Origin: Candidatus Kaiserbacteria bacterium
Lineage (GTDB): Bacteria > Patescibacteriota > Minisyncoccia > Phycocordibacterales > UBA918
Reading direction: 5' to 3'
Assembly: GCA_019634005.1 (NCBI GenBank)
Contig: JAHQWD010000002.1
Location: forward strand, 128,747-192,746
DNA: 64,000 nucleotides
Position numbers and translations under genes: made by a program. The notes beneath the pieces are model-generated. The model ran no database searches, was not told the DNA's origin, and was given only the letters and a program-made list of their open reading frames with translations. Position 1 is the stretch's first letter; each line of letters starts with the position of its first letter. This document shows positions 16,522 to 25,893 of this stretch, piece after piece.

Positions 16522-16977
16522 TCATTTTTTTAAATAGTGTTCTTTCGCATGGCAGTTTGGGCATAAGAGTTCTAAATTGGAAAGAGAATTGTGGTCTCGG
16601 TTCCTATCTATGTGGTGGACTATCAGTATCTCTAAAAGGTCATAATTACAGCGTTCGCATTGTGCTCCTCGTTCTTTTACGATTCGAGCCTTCAAAGAAC
16701 GTTGGGTCTTTACGTTATCTTTAAGGCGTCCCGTTTTATATGAGATTCCAGCACGGTTTTTATTTGCGCACCGTCTACTGCACGTTTTCTTGTTTGCACT
16801 TGCGAGTATTGGTTTCTTACAGATGAGACAGGGGTGTTCTTTTCTCTGAGACTTTCCATAACAAGTCTGGCTGCAAAAAAGACCACGTGTACTTCTTTTT
16901 ATTTCTGCTGGACGACGATAGATCTCTTTTCCACAAACGGTGCACGTAGTATTAGGTTTTCTTCTATGCTCAGACAC
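16522..16977 (-). CDS. HNH endonuclease with zinc-ribbon motifs
   Basis: Several CxxC pairs, plus an HNH core ILIVHHIDRNRDHN…LLCPNCH. Confidence 0.65.
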   Translation of the reverse strand: MSEHRRKPNTTCTVCGKEIYRRPAEIKRSTRGLFCSQTCYGKSQRKEHPCLICKKPILASANKKTCSRRCANKNRAGISYKTGRLKDNVKTQRSLKARIVKERGAQCERCNYDLLEILIVHHIDRNRDHNSLSNLELLCPNCHAKEHYLKK

Positions 16978-17018
16978 TAACCCATTATACCAGAAGGAAA
17001 ATATGCTATGCTTTCTCC

Positions 17019-17393
17019 ATGCGATACATGGGTATAGATTATGGAAGAAAACGTGTTGGCATAGCGCTTTCTAACGAAAATGGAGACATGGGATTTCCGT
17101 ACCAAGTGTTTCCAAATGACGAGCGCCTGCTTCAAGAAATAGAGTCACTCGTTAAAGAGCGTGAGGTAGGGGAAATTGTCATTGGACTCTCTGAAGGGAA
17201 TCCAATTCAAGAATCCATTGATGAGTTCGTACAGGATCTTACGCTTCACATCGGTATTCCCGTACATCTAGAGCCAGAGCAGTATTCCACGCAGGAGTCC
17301 GTGCGGTACCAGAAGAAAGGGGAAATGACCGATGCCAGTGCTGCTGCTGTTATTTTAAATAGTTTTTTAACCAGAAAGAAACATACATCATGA
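17019..17393 (+). CDS. ruvX: Holliday-junction resolvase-like YqgF/RuvX
   Basis: MGIDYGRKRVGIALS matches the YqgF N-terminal motif. C-terminal DASAAAVIL is conserved. Confidence 0.75.
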   Translation: MRYMGIDYGRKRVGIALSNENGDMGFPYQVFPNDERLLQEIESLVKEREVGEIVIGLSEGNPIQESIDEFVQDLTLHIGIPVHLEPEQYSTQESVRYQKKGEMTDASAAAVILNSFLTRKKHTS

Positions 17394-17716
17394 TTTCATA
17401 CGACGATTTTGCAAAGTTAGACATACGTATTGGTACTATTACCAATGTTGAGATTGTGGAGGACGCAGATAAACTTTTGAGACTCACGGTAGATACTGGG
17501 GAGGAAGGATCACGGCAAATTGTATCGGGCATTCGTACCTTTTTTGAAGACCCAGAGGTATTAGTAGGGAAGCAGTGTCCATTTCTTATTAATCTCGAGC
17601 CACGAACCATTCGAGGGCTTGAGAGCCAAGGGATGATTCTTGCTGGTGGAGACGGAGAAACATTTACACTTCTTCATCCACACAAAGAAGTTCCGGCAGG
17701 AACAGAGATTTCGTAA
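17390..17716 (+). CDS. Stand-alone tRNA-binding protein (Trbp111/CsaA, EMAP-like OB fold)
   Basis: DFAKLDIRIGTI…ADKLL.L.VD.GEE.RQIVSGI…GMIL matches the MetRS C-terminal tRNA-binding domain family. It overlaps ruvX by 4 nt (ATGA). Confidence 0.75.
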   Translation: MISYDDFAKLDIRIGTITNVEIVEDADKLLRLTVDTGEEGSRQIVSGIRTFFEDPEVLVGKQCPFLINLEPRTIRGLESQGMILAGGDGETFTLLHPHKEVPAGTEIS

Positions 17717-17718
17717 CT

Positions 17719-18288
17719 ATGGAAGAAAAATCACGCATTAGAAAAATACTGGAGAGTAAACATGTAGAGAAGGCGCTCGGACTCTTTTCTTTTGCAGAGT
17801 CCTCATTTCTTCCCGTGTTTGCAGACCCAGTGCTGATTGCAGTCGTTATTGCAAAACCGCTTCAGTGGATGCGACTCGCGTTTATTACAACCGTCACGTC
17901 GGTACTGGGGGGAGTGTTTGGGTACCTTATCGGCTACGTTTTTTTTGACACCATAGGGCAGGGACTCATCGCAACCTATGGTCTTGAAGAGGTTTTTGCG
18001 AAGACACAAAATATTTTTGATGGAAATGTGATCGTGTTTACCCTCATTGGAGCACTGACACCGCTTCCGTATAAATTAGTGGCAATTACAGGAGGACTTC
18101 TGAAGATAAACATGCTTCTTTTTATTCTCGCTTCTATTGCTGGTCGTGCGTTTCGTTTCTATGTTGTTGCATACGTTACGAAGACATTTGGGGAACAGGT
18201 ACTGCAGAAATTAACATGGCGTTTTTCTTTAGGGGCGACAGCGCTTCTCATTGGACTTACGGCGTACGCGGTACTATTGGTGGTCTAA
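17719..18288 (+). CDS. DedA/YqaA-family small membrane protein
   Basis: 189 aa with 4-5 TM. Assigned by general family resemblance only. Confidence 0.45.
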   Translation: MEEKSRIRKILESKHVEKALGLFSFAESSFLPVFADPVLIAVVIAKPLQWMRLAFITTVTSVLGGVFGYLIGYVFFDTIGQGLIATYGLEEVFAKTQNIFDGNVIVFTLIGALTPLPYKLVAITGGLLKINMLLFILASIAGRAFRFYVVAYVTKTFGEQVLQKLTWRFSLGATALLIGLTAYAVLLVV

Positions 18289-18315
18289 CTACGTAAAATG
18301 TGGTTTTATAGGGAT

Positions 18316-18387
18316 GCCCCTATAGTTTAATGGATAGAACAGGAGACTTCTAAGCTCTTGGTGTGGGTTCGATTCCTGCTGGGGGCG
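18316..18387 (+). tRNA. tRNA-Arg (anticodon TCT). CCA not encoded.
   Basis: Manual fold: acceptor GCCCCTA/TGGGGGC, anticodon loop CTTCTAA, T-loop TTCGATT. One mismatch closes the anticodon stem. Confidence 0.6.
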
Positions 18388-18397
18388 CAGCGAATAT

Positions 18398-19267
18398 GTG
18401 CTACACTTTGCACATATGCAGGACATACTTTCATACATTACACCGTGGGTTATGGATCACGGACTGAGCATTATCGTTATCATTGTCGCTATTTTTATTG
18501 CACAAGTCTCTCTTGATGTTGTTATTACACGGGTTATTCAAAAACTTGTCGTTGCAGATAAGTTTTCTTCTCGGGAGTCTGAACGGAAACGAGAAGAAAC
18601 GCTTTCTCGCATTCTCATTGTCACCATGCGTGTGGTGCTCTGGATTGTGGGAGTACTCATGGTGCTTCAGGAGGTGGGTATTGAGGTTGGTCCAATGATT
18701 GCAGCGGCTGGAATTATCGGACTCGCGTTTGGTTTTGGAGGGCAGTACCTCATTAAAGACCTTATTAGTGGACTCTTCATCATCTTGGAAAATCAGTACC
18801 GTATTGGAGACGCCGTTTGTCTTGGTGATACCTGCGGAACGGTAGAAGATATCACGATGCGTATGACGACCCTTCGAGATCTCGACGGTATTGTGCACCA
18901 TGTACCACATGGAGAAATTACCTTGGTATCGAATAAATCAAAGCAGTTCTCTCGCGTGAATCTTGATATTGGTGTTGCATACAATGCAGACCTTGAGAAG
19001 GTAATTGGGGTCATTAACGATGTTGGTGCAGAGTTGGCTAAGGACGAAGAGTGGGGGAAAGACATTCTCGAGGCACCACACTTCCTTCGTGTGGAGGATT
19101 TCGGAGATTCTGCTGTGGTGCTTAAGATCTTGGGAGACACAAAGCCAAGTCGACAGTTTGCGGTTATGGGAGAGCTCCGAAAGCGTATTAAAATCGCCTT
19201 TGATAAGGCGGGTATAGAGATCCCATTCCCACAACGCGTCGTGTACCACGTACAAGAAAAAGAATAG
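18398..19267 (+). CDS. mscS: Small-conductance mechanosensitive channel MscS family
   Basis: 3 N-terminal TM, then LIKDLISGLFIILENQYRIGD…HVPHGEI matching the MscS beta-domain. Confidence 0.75.
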   Translation: MLHFAHMQDILSYITPWVMDHGLSIIVIIVAIFIAQVSLDVVITRVIQKLVVADKFSSRESERKREETLSRILIVTMRVVLWIVGVLMVLQEVGIEVGPMIAAAGIIGLAFGFGGQYLIKDLISGLFIILENQYRIGDAVCLGDTCGTVEDITMRMTTLRDLDGIVHHVPHGEITLVSNKSKQFSRVNLDIGVAYNADLEKVIGVINDVGAELAKDEEWGKDILEAPHFLRVEDFGDSAVVLKILGDTKPSRQFAVMGELRKRIKIAFDKAGIEIPFPQRVVYHVQEKE

Positions 19268-19270
19268 ACC

Positions 19271-20488
19271 ATGCTAAAGATTTTACAGCCATCATCAGTA
19301 TCGACAGGAGTACAGGGGGTCACTATCGCAACCGCAATCAGGTGGTTTGGGTGGGCGTTTGTTGACCCACTCATTCCCGTATTCCTCTTCATGTTCAGTG
19401 AGTCCTTTTTACAAACAGGGCTTCTGGCATCTATTTACAGCGTAGTCTTTCTCATTTCGGTACCGATTGTGAGTTTCATCTCTGACCACATCAGAGCAAA
19501 GTATGTGATTCTCGCAGGACTTGCTATCTATCCGCTTATCGCCCTCTCATATTATTTTGCAGGTGTATACGGCATGGCTGCATTCATCGCAATTGCACGA
19601 GCACTCAACGGTATCTCCTATGCGCTTGATGCGACTGGACGTGCGACCTACGTACGGCGGCATACAGATAAACAGCAGGTGGGTACCGCGTTTGGGTTCT
19701 TTCAGATTTTTACTGAGGGATGGCGGACGCTTGCGATGCTCTTGAGTATTGTCGTGATTAAGTACGTTGAAATACATGAACTTTTCCTCTTCATCATTCC
19801 AACGACACTCATTGCAATGTTCATTGTGTCCCGTATTGAAGATAGTCCGTGTGATTATCAGCATAAAGCGGATTGGGCGTCCTGTATTCACGGGAGCACC
19901 TACATGCGATTCATTCAGGAGGTGATGATCTGGAAAAACGCACTCAAGAAACTCGCTCTTGTCTCGTTTGTCTTCAATGCACTGACCGCCGCGATTGCAC
20001 TTTTCGTACCAATCTTTCTCTATGCAGATGGTGTGTCGCTTGAACGCATTATCATCTTCTCCATCATCGCGAACATTCCATTCTTGTTTGGGTACCACGC
20101 AGGAAAGATCGCGGATACGTACGGTACGCGCCTGCTCTCCCCGCTGTCATTTGTACTTGCGCTTCTCATGGGAGCGCTTGCATTCGTGCACACATACGAA
20201 TGGTATCTCGTTGTCGTGTTCATCTTTAATATGTGTATTTCTCTCGGACTCATCATCATTGATGCGGAGATGACACGGTGCGGAGACGATCGAAAGTATG
20301 GGGCACTCTCGGGTGCAATCCTTGAGGTTGCAGAGTTGGCATCGGTCATTAGTCCAATTGCGGTCGGTTTTTCTATCACAATGATCGGGCAGGGGAATAC
20401 ACTTTTGGGACTTGGGGTGGTGATGGTCATCGTCGCCCTTCTTGGGGTTAGAGGCCTTACATGCAAACAGCCAACCATTGTTTCTTAG
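19271..20488 (+). CDS. MFS transporter
   Basis: 405 aa with about 12 TM helices. Confidence 0.55.
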   Translation: MLKILQPSSVSTGVQGVTIATAIRWFGWAFVDPLIPVFLFMFSESFLQTGLLASIYSVVFLISVPIVSFISDHIRAKYVILAGLAIYPLIALSYYFAGVYGMAAFIAIARALNGISYALDATGRATYVRRHTDKQQVGTAFGFFQIFTEGWRTLAMLLSIVVIKYVEIHELFLFIIPTTLIAMFIVSRIEDSPCDYQHKADWASCIHGSTYMRFIQEVMIWKNALKKLALVSFVFNALTAAIALFVPIFLYADGVSLERIIIFSIIANIPFLFGYHAGKIADTYGTRLLSPLSFVLALLMGALAFVHTYEWYLVVVFIFNMCISLGLIIIDAEMTRCGDDRKYGALSGAILEVAELASVISPIAVGFSITMIGQGNTLLGLGVVMVIVALLGVRGLTCKQPTIVS

Positions 20489-20514
20489 AAGTCTGCAATG
20501 ATAGAATAAACGCA

Positions 20515-21699
20515 ATGGAAATTGAACGCATTTATGTTGGAGGATGGTTTCAAAGGACAACACTCCATCTCTCAGAACTCTACGATTTTCTCAGTGAGGC
20601 GTCATCACCCCTTGAGCTTGATACAAAGAAATTACAAGCCTTGAATGACACACTCGATATAGCATCGGTGGAAATGAAGGTAGGTAGTCTTCAGTATATT
20701 CTTGTTCAAACATCTGAAGGTATCGTCTACCGTATCTATGAGGATGGCCTCATAGTACTCAGTAGAGACCATGCAGGAGTTGAGAGACTTAAGGAGGATA
20801 TTGCTTCCCTTACACAATATTACGAAGAAAAACTCTCTCCTGCTTTCAGTTACCTTTTCAGTCTTGGAGCACCGGTGCCAAAGGAGTTGGCGAACATCAA
20901 AACAGTCTATCCATATTTTGTTGTGCTTAAGCAAGCAAAACACGAGGATATGCTTGCGCTATTGGAGTCATTTGAACAGGAGAAATATTTTGAGATCAAC
21001 CATAAAAACTACGATATATTTCGGGGGAACAAACTCTATCTTATAAATAATAAAAAAGAATCAATAGAACATATTGGTCGTTTTGTTGAAGAACAGATCT
21101 TTATTCGAGAATTCAAAGGGCAGATGCACCGATATCTCAATCTCCATCGCATTATCTGGGAGCGCATTGAGAACATTAAAGAGCGTGGTGAGGTGCACGG
21201 GAGGGACATTGGCGCACTTCGGAATAAAATTGAAGGATATGCAAAAACCATTAATTTGATTGATGCACGTATCAATCAAATGGGAGCTTACATTGGGACT
21301 CGGGCGTCCATTGTAAAATCAGATAAGGAGTTGGAGAATTTCTTGAGTGTTCTAGAGTATAAGTACGAAACGCTCGATGACACACTTGCGTATGTTAAAG
21401 AAATCTGGGCTATGACCAAGAACTATGTGGTATCAGCAGTTGATCTCTTCTCAGGTCTACAGGCTCAAGCGACCCAGAAATCTGTTGAGAATCTCACTGT
21501 CGTGACTTCTATGGGTGTTGGTGCAACACTTATCGGCCTTTTCACCACTGATCAAGTACCAGATGTAACAATCTTCGGTGTCGGGTATTTCTTTGCACTT
21601 GCGGCAATCGGATATATTGCAAGTAAATCTATCAAATGGTTCTACGCACGAAAGAAATACACTATCTCCTACACAGATTACGATAAGAACATTACGTAA
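20515..21699 (+). CDS. Hypothetical protein: large cytoplasmic helical domain plus C-terminal 2-TM hairpin (CorA-like topology, no GMN motif)
   Basis: The ORF runs 20461..21699. Start chosen at the first ATG not overlapping the upstream MFS gene. Confidence 0.4.
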   Translation: MEIERIYVGGWFQRTTLHLSELYDFLSEASSPLELDTKKLQALNDTLDIASVEMKVGSLQYILVQTSEGIVYRIYEDGLIVLSRDHAGVERLKEDIASLTQYYEEKLSPAFSYLFSLGAPVPKELANIKTVYPYFVVLKQAKHEDMLALLESFEQEKYFEINHKNYDIFRGNKLYLINNKKESIEHIGRFVEEQIFIREFKGQMHRYLNLHRIIWERIENIKERGEVHGRDIGALRNKIEGYAKTINLIDARINQMGAYIGTRASIVKSDKELENFLSVLEYKYETLDDTLAYVKEIWAMTKNYVVSAVDLFSGLQAQATQKSVENLTVVTSMGVGATLIGLFTTDQVPDVTIFGVGYFFALAAIGYIASKSIKWFYARKKYTISYTDYDKNIT

Positions 21700-21706
21700 T
21701 CCCGCA

Positions 21707-21901
21707 CTATTTCTTGAGAAGCTCAAGAGCGGCAGAGCATATAAAAATACTTTGGAGAATGATGAAGATGGTATCTCCAATAGAAATGCTGTAGATGAGT
21801 AGTGAGATTCCTCCAATGATAAAGAGGATGTTTTGTTTTTTCTCAGTAAGCCAGAGAGCGAGAGAAATGAGAAGGAGGCCGATGATGCCAAAGGTGATCA
21901 T
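21707..21901 (-). CDS. Possible small 2-TM membrane protein
   Basis: 64-aa hydrophobic ORF abutting the NUDIX gene stop. Weak evidence. Confidence 0.2.
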   Translation of the reverse strand: MITFGIIGLLLISLALWLTEKKQNILFIIGGISLLIYSISIGDTIFIILQSIFICSAALELLKK

Positions 21902-22305
21902 ATGCAGTCAGTGCGGTATTTTCTATAAAAGATGGCGGTATCAGGACACAATTTGTTTTCTTCAAGGAGTGCATCCACTTCATCTTTGCTCATCCATCCG
22001 CACCATTGCCATTCAGTCTCTGCAACAGACGGCTCTTGGTTTGTTTGTATCTCAAAAGCATAGACTGGGTACGATTCGTCTCCATTCGTGTACTCAAAGT
22101 GAAAGAATTGCTTTAATTCTCCAGTAAGTCCAGTTTCTTCCTGGAGTTCCCGAGCAGCGCCTTCTTCTGGGGTTTCTCCATCTTCGATGTGTCCACCTGC
22201 ACCAAGACCATAGTAGTCAGGGAAGGTTTTTTTATCAGAACGTCGTTGGTGTACATAAAAGTCACCTGCATTGTTCCGAACGATAATCGTTGCAATCCGC
22301 TTCAT
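21898..22305 (-). CDS. NUDIX hydrolase
   Basis: Nudix box GGHIEDGETPEEGAARELQEETGL. Confidence 0.7.
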   Translation of the reverse strand: MKRIATIIVRNNAGDFYVHQRRSDKKTFPDYYGLGAGGHIEDGETPEEGAARELQEETGLTGELKQFFHFEYTNGDESYPVYAFEIQTNQEPSVAETEWQWCGWMSKDEVDALLEENKLCPDTAIFYRKYRTDCI

Positions 22306-22326
22306 ATTGAGACTATATCATGTATC

Positions 22327-23190
22327 ATGGACGACATGGAAACATACAAGGACATTGTTGTTATATATCACGCGGAGTGTCGCGATGGCTTCGGCGCAGC
22401 GTATGCTGCGTGGAAGAAATTTGGTGATACTGCGTCATATATTCCCCGAAGGACACAAACTGAGGTGCCCGAAGGGCTTATAGATAAAGAGATATACATC
22501 GTCGACTACAGTTACGACAAAGAAACATTACGGAAACTTGTTGATGAGAATACGTCTGTTGTTGTGATAGATCATCATGAAAGTGCAAGAAGTGCGGTAG
22601 AGTCTTTCCCGCAGAATGTCTTTGATAATGATCACTCAGGAGCGGTACTTACATGGCAGTATTTTCATCCAGATACTCCAGTACCGGAGATGCTTCTTTA
22701 CGTTGAAGATCATGACCTCTGGCGGTTTGCACTTCCAGAACACCGAGAGTTCAACATCGCACTAGGAGAATACGAACGAACGTTCACTGTTTGGGACGAG
22801 CTTAATGAGTCTCTTAAAGAAGAGAATGCTCGCATTAATTTTATTGCCAAGGGGTCACTTCTCGCAAAGTTTGAAGACAAGTTGGTAGCGAGAATTATGG
22901 AGTATAAGGAGCGTGTACTTTTTGAAGGACACGAGGTGTGGGCGATTAATGCATCACGTACCTATAGATCAATTCTCGGGAACCAGCTTGCAGAACTTAA
23001 TGAGTCAGAAGGAGGGACTGCACTCGGTATTGTGTACTACCGATATGGTGGAAGAGTACACATTTCTCTCCGAAGTATTGGAGATGTCGATGTTGCATCG
23101 ATTGCGGGAAAATATGGCGGAGGAGGACACAAAAATGCAGCGAGTATTAAAGTAGATTCGTTTGAAGAACTACCGTTTACATTTGTATAA
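22327..23190 (+). CDS. DHH/DHHA1 phosphoesterase (NrnA-like nanoRNase / pAp phosphatase)
   Basis: DHH motif VVIDHHE and DHHA1 GGGHKNAAS. Start taken at the ATG 22327 inside ORF 22189..23190. Confidence 0.7.
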   Translation: MDDMETYKDIVVIYHAECRDGFGAAYAAWKKFGDTASYIPRRTQTEVPEGLIDKEIYIVDYSYDKETLRKLVDENTSVVVIDHHESARSAVESFPQNVFDNDHSGAVLTWQYFHPDTPVPEMLLYVEDHDLWRFALPEHREFNIALGEYERTFTVWDELNESLKEENARINFIAKGSLLAKFEDKLVARIMEYKERVLFEGHEVWAINASRTYRSILGNQLAELNESEGGTALGIVYYRYGGRVHISLRSIGDVDVASIAGKYGGGGHKNAASIKVDSFEELPFTFV

Positions 23191-23193
23191 CAA

Positions 23194-23219
23194 AACCCGC
23201 CGTATGGCGGGTTTTGTTT
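23194..23219 (+). terminator. Rho-independent terminator
   Basis: aacccgccgtatggcgggtt followed by ttgtttt. Confidence 0.6.
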
Positions 23220-23295
23220 TGGTGGGCGATGAGGGACTTGAACCCCCGACCTTTTCGGTGTAAACGAACTGCTCTACCAACTGAGCTAATCGCCC
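23220..23295 (-). tRNA. tRNA-Val (anticodon TAC), 76 nt, CCA encoded
   Basis: Manual fold: acceptor GGGCGAT/ATCGCCC, D-arm GCTCAGTTGGTAGAGC, anticodon loop TTTACAC, T-loop TTCAAGT. Confidence 0.8.
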
Positions 23296-23361
23296 GTATT
23301 CAGGTACGCACTATACTACCGCGTTTTTCAATAATTTCAATATCTAGGATATACTCACCGT

Positions 23362-23637
23362 ATGTTCAGCGAGATCCAAGCAAAGGTGTCGGGAAAGGTG
23401 CAAGGTGTTGGCTACCGAGATTTTGTGGTGGGACATGCAAAAGAATACGGTGTCTTTGGCTGGATTCGTAATAATGCAGATGGTACGGTAGAACTATTAG
23501 CACAAGGAGAGCCAGATATTTTGAAAGAATTAGTAACACACCTCAATACAGGCTCCTCTCTTGCGAAGGTTGATTCTGTGGCAGTCGACTGGAAGACACC
23601 AAAGAAACATTTTGAAGATTTTGAAGTATGGAAATAG
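23362..23637 (+). CDS. acyP: Acylphosphatase
   Basis: VSGKVQGVGYRDF and GWIRNNADGTVE are acylphosphatase signatures. Confidence 0.75.
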   Translation: MFSEIQAKVSGKVQGVGYRDFVVGHAKEYGVFGWIRNNADGTVELLAQGEPDILKELVTHLNTGSSLAKVDSVAVDWKTPKKHFEDFEVWK

Positions 23638-24356
23638 ACGTACTCTTTGAGAATAACGATGTCGTAGTCATCAACAAACCAGTTGGTGTATTAGTGCACC
23701 CCGATGGACATGCAAAAGAAGACACTGTCGTGGATTGGTTCGTAGAGCAGTACCCAGATGCTAAGGAGGTGGGGGAGCCACAGACACTTACCAATGGAGA
23801 CGTGATAGATCGTCCAGGAGTGGTGCATCGGCTCGATCGAGAAACGTCTGGGGTCATGATTCTCGCAAAGACAGATGAAGCATTTACGCATCTCAAGAAG
23901 CAATTTCATGATAGAAGAACACGAAAAGAGTATCGAGCGTTTGTGTATGGTTCAATGAAAGAGCTTCACGGTACTATTGAGCGTCCCATTGGACGAAGTG
24001 TAAAAGATTTTAGACTTCGCTCTGCAGAGCGTGGTGCACGGGGAACGCTCCGTAAAGCTATTACAGATTGGGAACTTCTGACACAAAATGCAGGATACGC
24101 ATATCTTCGTGTATTGCCAAAAACAGGGCGTACGCATCAGATTCGTGTGCATTTGAAGGCGATTGGGCGACCAATTGTAGGGGATGCACTGTATGCAAAT
24201 CAGGCACAACTCGATTCACCAGATCTTGGACTGGGAAGATTGGCGCTTCATGCATATAAACTGACCATAGAGCTCCCAAATGGAGAAGAACATACATTTA
24301 CGGCGCCACTTCCACAATCTTTCGAGACGGCGAAGGAGCGTATTGCGGTGGCATAG
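23628..24356 (+). CDS. RluA-family pseudouridine synthase
   Basis: HRLDRETSGVMILAK is the catalytic Asp motif. Confidence 0.75.
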   Translation: MEIDVLFENNDVVVINKPVGVLVHPDGHAKEDTVVDWFVEQYPDAKEVGEPQTLTNGDVIDRPGVVHRLDRETSGVMILAKTDEAFTHLKKQFHDRRTRKEYRAFVYGSMKELHGTIERPIGRSVKDFRLRSAERGARGTLRKAITDWELLTQNAGYAYLRVLPKTGRTHQIRVHLKAIGRPIVGDALYANQAQLDSPDLGLGRLALHAYKLTIELPNGEEHTFTAPLPQSFETAKERIAVA

Positions 24357-24402
24357 GGAGTATGGTAGAGTACGGCACGCTTAGAAGCGCTATTTTTTAA
24401 TT

Positions 24403-24984
24403 ATGAACACAGTATTAGACGCAGTACAAGTTTCACCAGTAAACATGGAGGAGCGAAAGAATCTCGGAATTCGTCCGGGAGACACTGTACGTATTCACCA
24501 GAAGATTCAGGACAAGGATAAAACACGTATCCAGGTCTTTGAAGGTGTGGTACTTGCACGGAAGCATGGCTCAGAGGCAGGAGCAACCTTCACTGTCCGT
24601 AAGGTGGTAGATGGTATTGGAGTTGAGAAAATCTTCCCACTCTACTCTCCGCTTATCGACAAAATTGAGATCGTGAAGCGATCTAAGGTTCGCCGCGCGA
24701 AACTTTACTACATCCGTGAGAAGGTGGCACGTGAGATCAAGCGACAGATGCGTCGTATGCGTCTCATGGATCTTGCAACCAAGTCTGAGGCAGAGGCAGC
24801 AGCAGAGAAGGAAGCAGAGGCTGCAGAGCTAGCTCGTAAGGCTGAGGAAGCAGAAGCAAAGAAAGCCGAGGAAGCAGCAAAGGCTGCTGAGGAGGCAAAG
24901 CAGGAAGAGACCACGGAAGAAGCTCCAGTAGAGGAGACAAAAGAAGAAGAGACTCCGAAGGAGGAAGAGAAGAAAGAGGAGTAA
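24403..24984 (+). CDS. rplS: 50S ribosomal protein L19 with a ~75-aa Ala/Glu/Lys-rich C-terminal extension
   Basis: The first ~115 aa match L19 (IQVFEGVVLARKHG…). Then comes a low-complexity AEAAAEKEAEAA…KEEE tail. Confidence 0.85.
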   Translation: MNTVLDAVQVSPVNMEERKNLGIRPGDTVRIHQKIQDKDKTRIQVFEGVVLARKHGSEAGATFTVRKVVDGIGVEKIFPLYSPLIDKIEIVKRSKVRRAKLYYIREKVAREIKRQMRRMRLMDLATKSEAEAAAEKEAEAAELARKAEEAEAKKAEEAAKAAEEAKQEETTEEAPVEETKEEETPKEEEKKEE

Positions 24985-24991
24985 ACAAAAA

Positions 24992-25018
24992 ACCACCCAC
25001 GAGGTGGTTTTTTGTTTA
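24992..25018 (+). terminator. Rho-independent terminator after rplS
   Basis: ccacccacgaggtgg followed by ttttttg. Confidence 0.6.
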
Positions 25019-25731
25019 TAAATAGCAATCCTGATTTGGTATGGAGTGATATACTGTCGGGAGTGGGTAAGCGTGGACCAAAACCTAAAAACAATATAGA
25101 TACAACGTGGCGACCAGAGTTGGCATATGTTGTTGGCCTTTTGGCTGCGGACGGATGCATGTCTCCCGCAGGGCATCTTATAGACTTAACATCTAAGGAC
25201 AGGGAACAGTTAGAGAATTTTTCAAAGTGCGTTGGTATTACAAATAAGATAGGTCGTAAGCGGTCAGGGTATAACGATGGGGGAGTATATTTACGCGTCC
25301 AGTTTAAAAGTGTTCGATTCTATGAGTTTTTGGGATCCGTGGGTTTAACCCCAAATAAATCTCATACAATTGGTTCGCTCGCTATTCCCGATGAATACTT
25401 TTGGGATTTTCTACGTGGTCTCTATGATGGAGATGGTTCATCAAACGCATATTGGGATCCAAGGTGGAAGTCTAGTTATATGTTTTATACGAATTTTGTA
25501 TCAGCAAGCCCTAATTTTATAGTCTGGCTTCGGGAAGAGATTGAAAAGAGGATTAGTATGTCTGGATCCATGACAGGACCAAGCACGTGCAGAGTTATTC
25601 AGTTGAAATATGCAAAAGATGCTTCACGTGAAATTTTAAGGGGCATGTACTACGCAGAGAACGTTACTTGTTTGTCCAGAAAGAAGTTGAAAGTAGAGAA
25701 AATTCTTGCTACAGTTGGCGAGCGTCTTTGA
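25012..25731 (+). CDS. Free-standing double-motif LAGLIDADG homing endonuclease
   Basis: Motif 1 VVGLLAADGC and motif 2 LRGLYDGDGS are about 100 aa apart. There is no in-frame ATG at the 5' end (TTG start); start uncertain. Confidence 0.6.
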   Translation: MFINSNPDLVWSDILSGVGKRGPKPKNNIDTTWRPELAYVVGLLAADGCMSPAGHLIDLTSKDREQLENFSKCVGITNKIGRKRSGYNDGGVYLRVQFKSVRFYEFLGSVGLTPNKSHTIGSLAIPDEYFWDFLRGLYDGDGSSNAYWDPRWKSSYMFYTNFVSASPNFIVWLREEIEKRISMSGSMTGPSTCRVIQLKYAKDASREILRGMYYAENVTCLSRKKLKVEKILATVGERL

Positions 25732-25737
25732 CGAAAT

Positions 25738-25820
25738 GCCCAGGTGGCGGAACTTGGTATACGCGTACGCTTGAGGGGCGTATGAGGCAACTCATGCAGG
25801 TTCGATTCCTGTCCTGGGCA
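25738..25820 (+). tRNA. tRNA-Leu (anticodon GAG), type II
   Basis: Manual fold: acceptor GCCCAGG/CCTGGGC, anticodon stem TACGC/GCGTA, loop TTGAGGG, variable arm GAGG-CAA-CTCA, T-loop TTCGATT. Confidence 0.75.
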
Positions 25821-25893
25821 CAGAAAAGCACTCGAAAGAGTGTTTTTTACGTCTCGACTTTTCTTTATAAAAAAGATAGTATGTCGGGCACAT

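Noticed and set aside
18431-19392. Minus-strand ORFs 18431..18910 and 18793..19392 overlapping mscS
   Set aside because: Antisense to a gene with clear MscS motifs. Products have no recognisable features.
19547-20478. Minus-strand ORFs antisense to the MFS transporter gene
   Set aside because: They overlap a 12-TM MFS ORF on the opposite strand and have no features of their own.
22189-22326. 46-codon N-terminal extension of the DHH phosphoesterase ORF
   Set aside because: The extension overlaps the divergent NUDIX gene. DHH homology starts at MDDMETYKDIVVIYHAECRDGFG.
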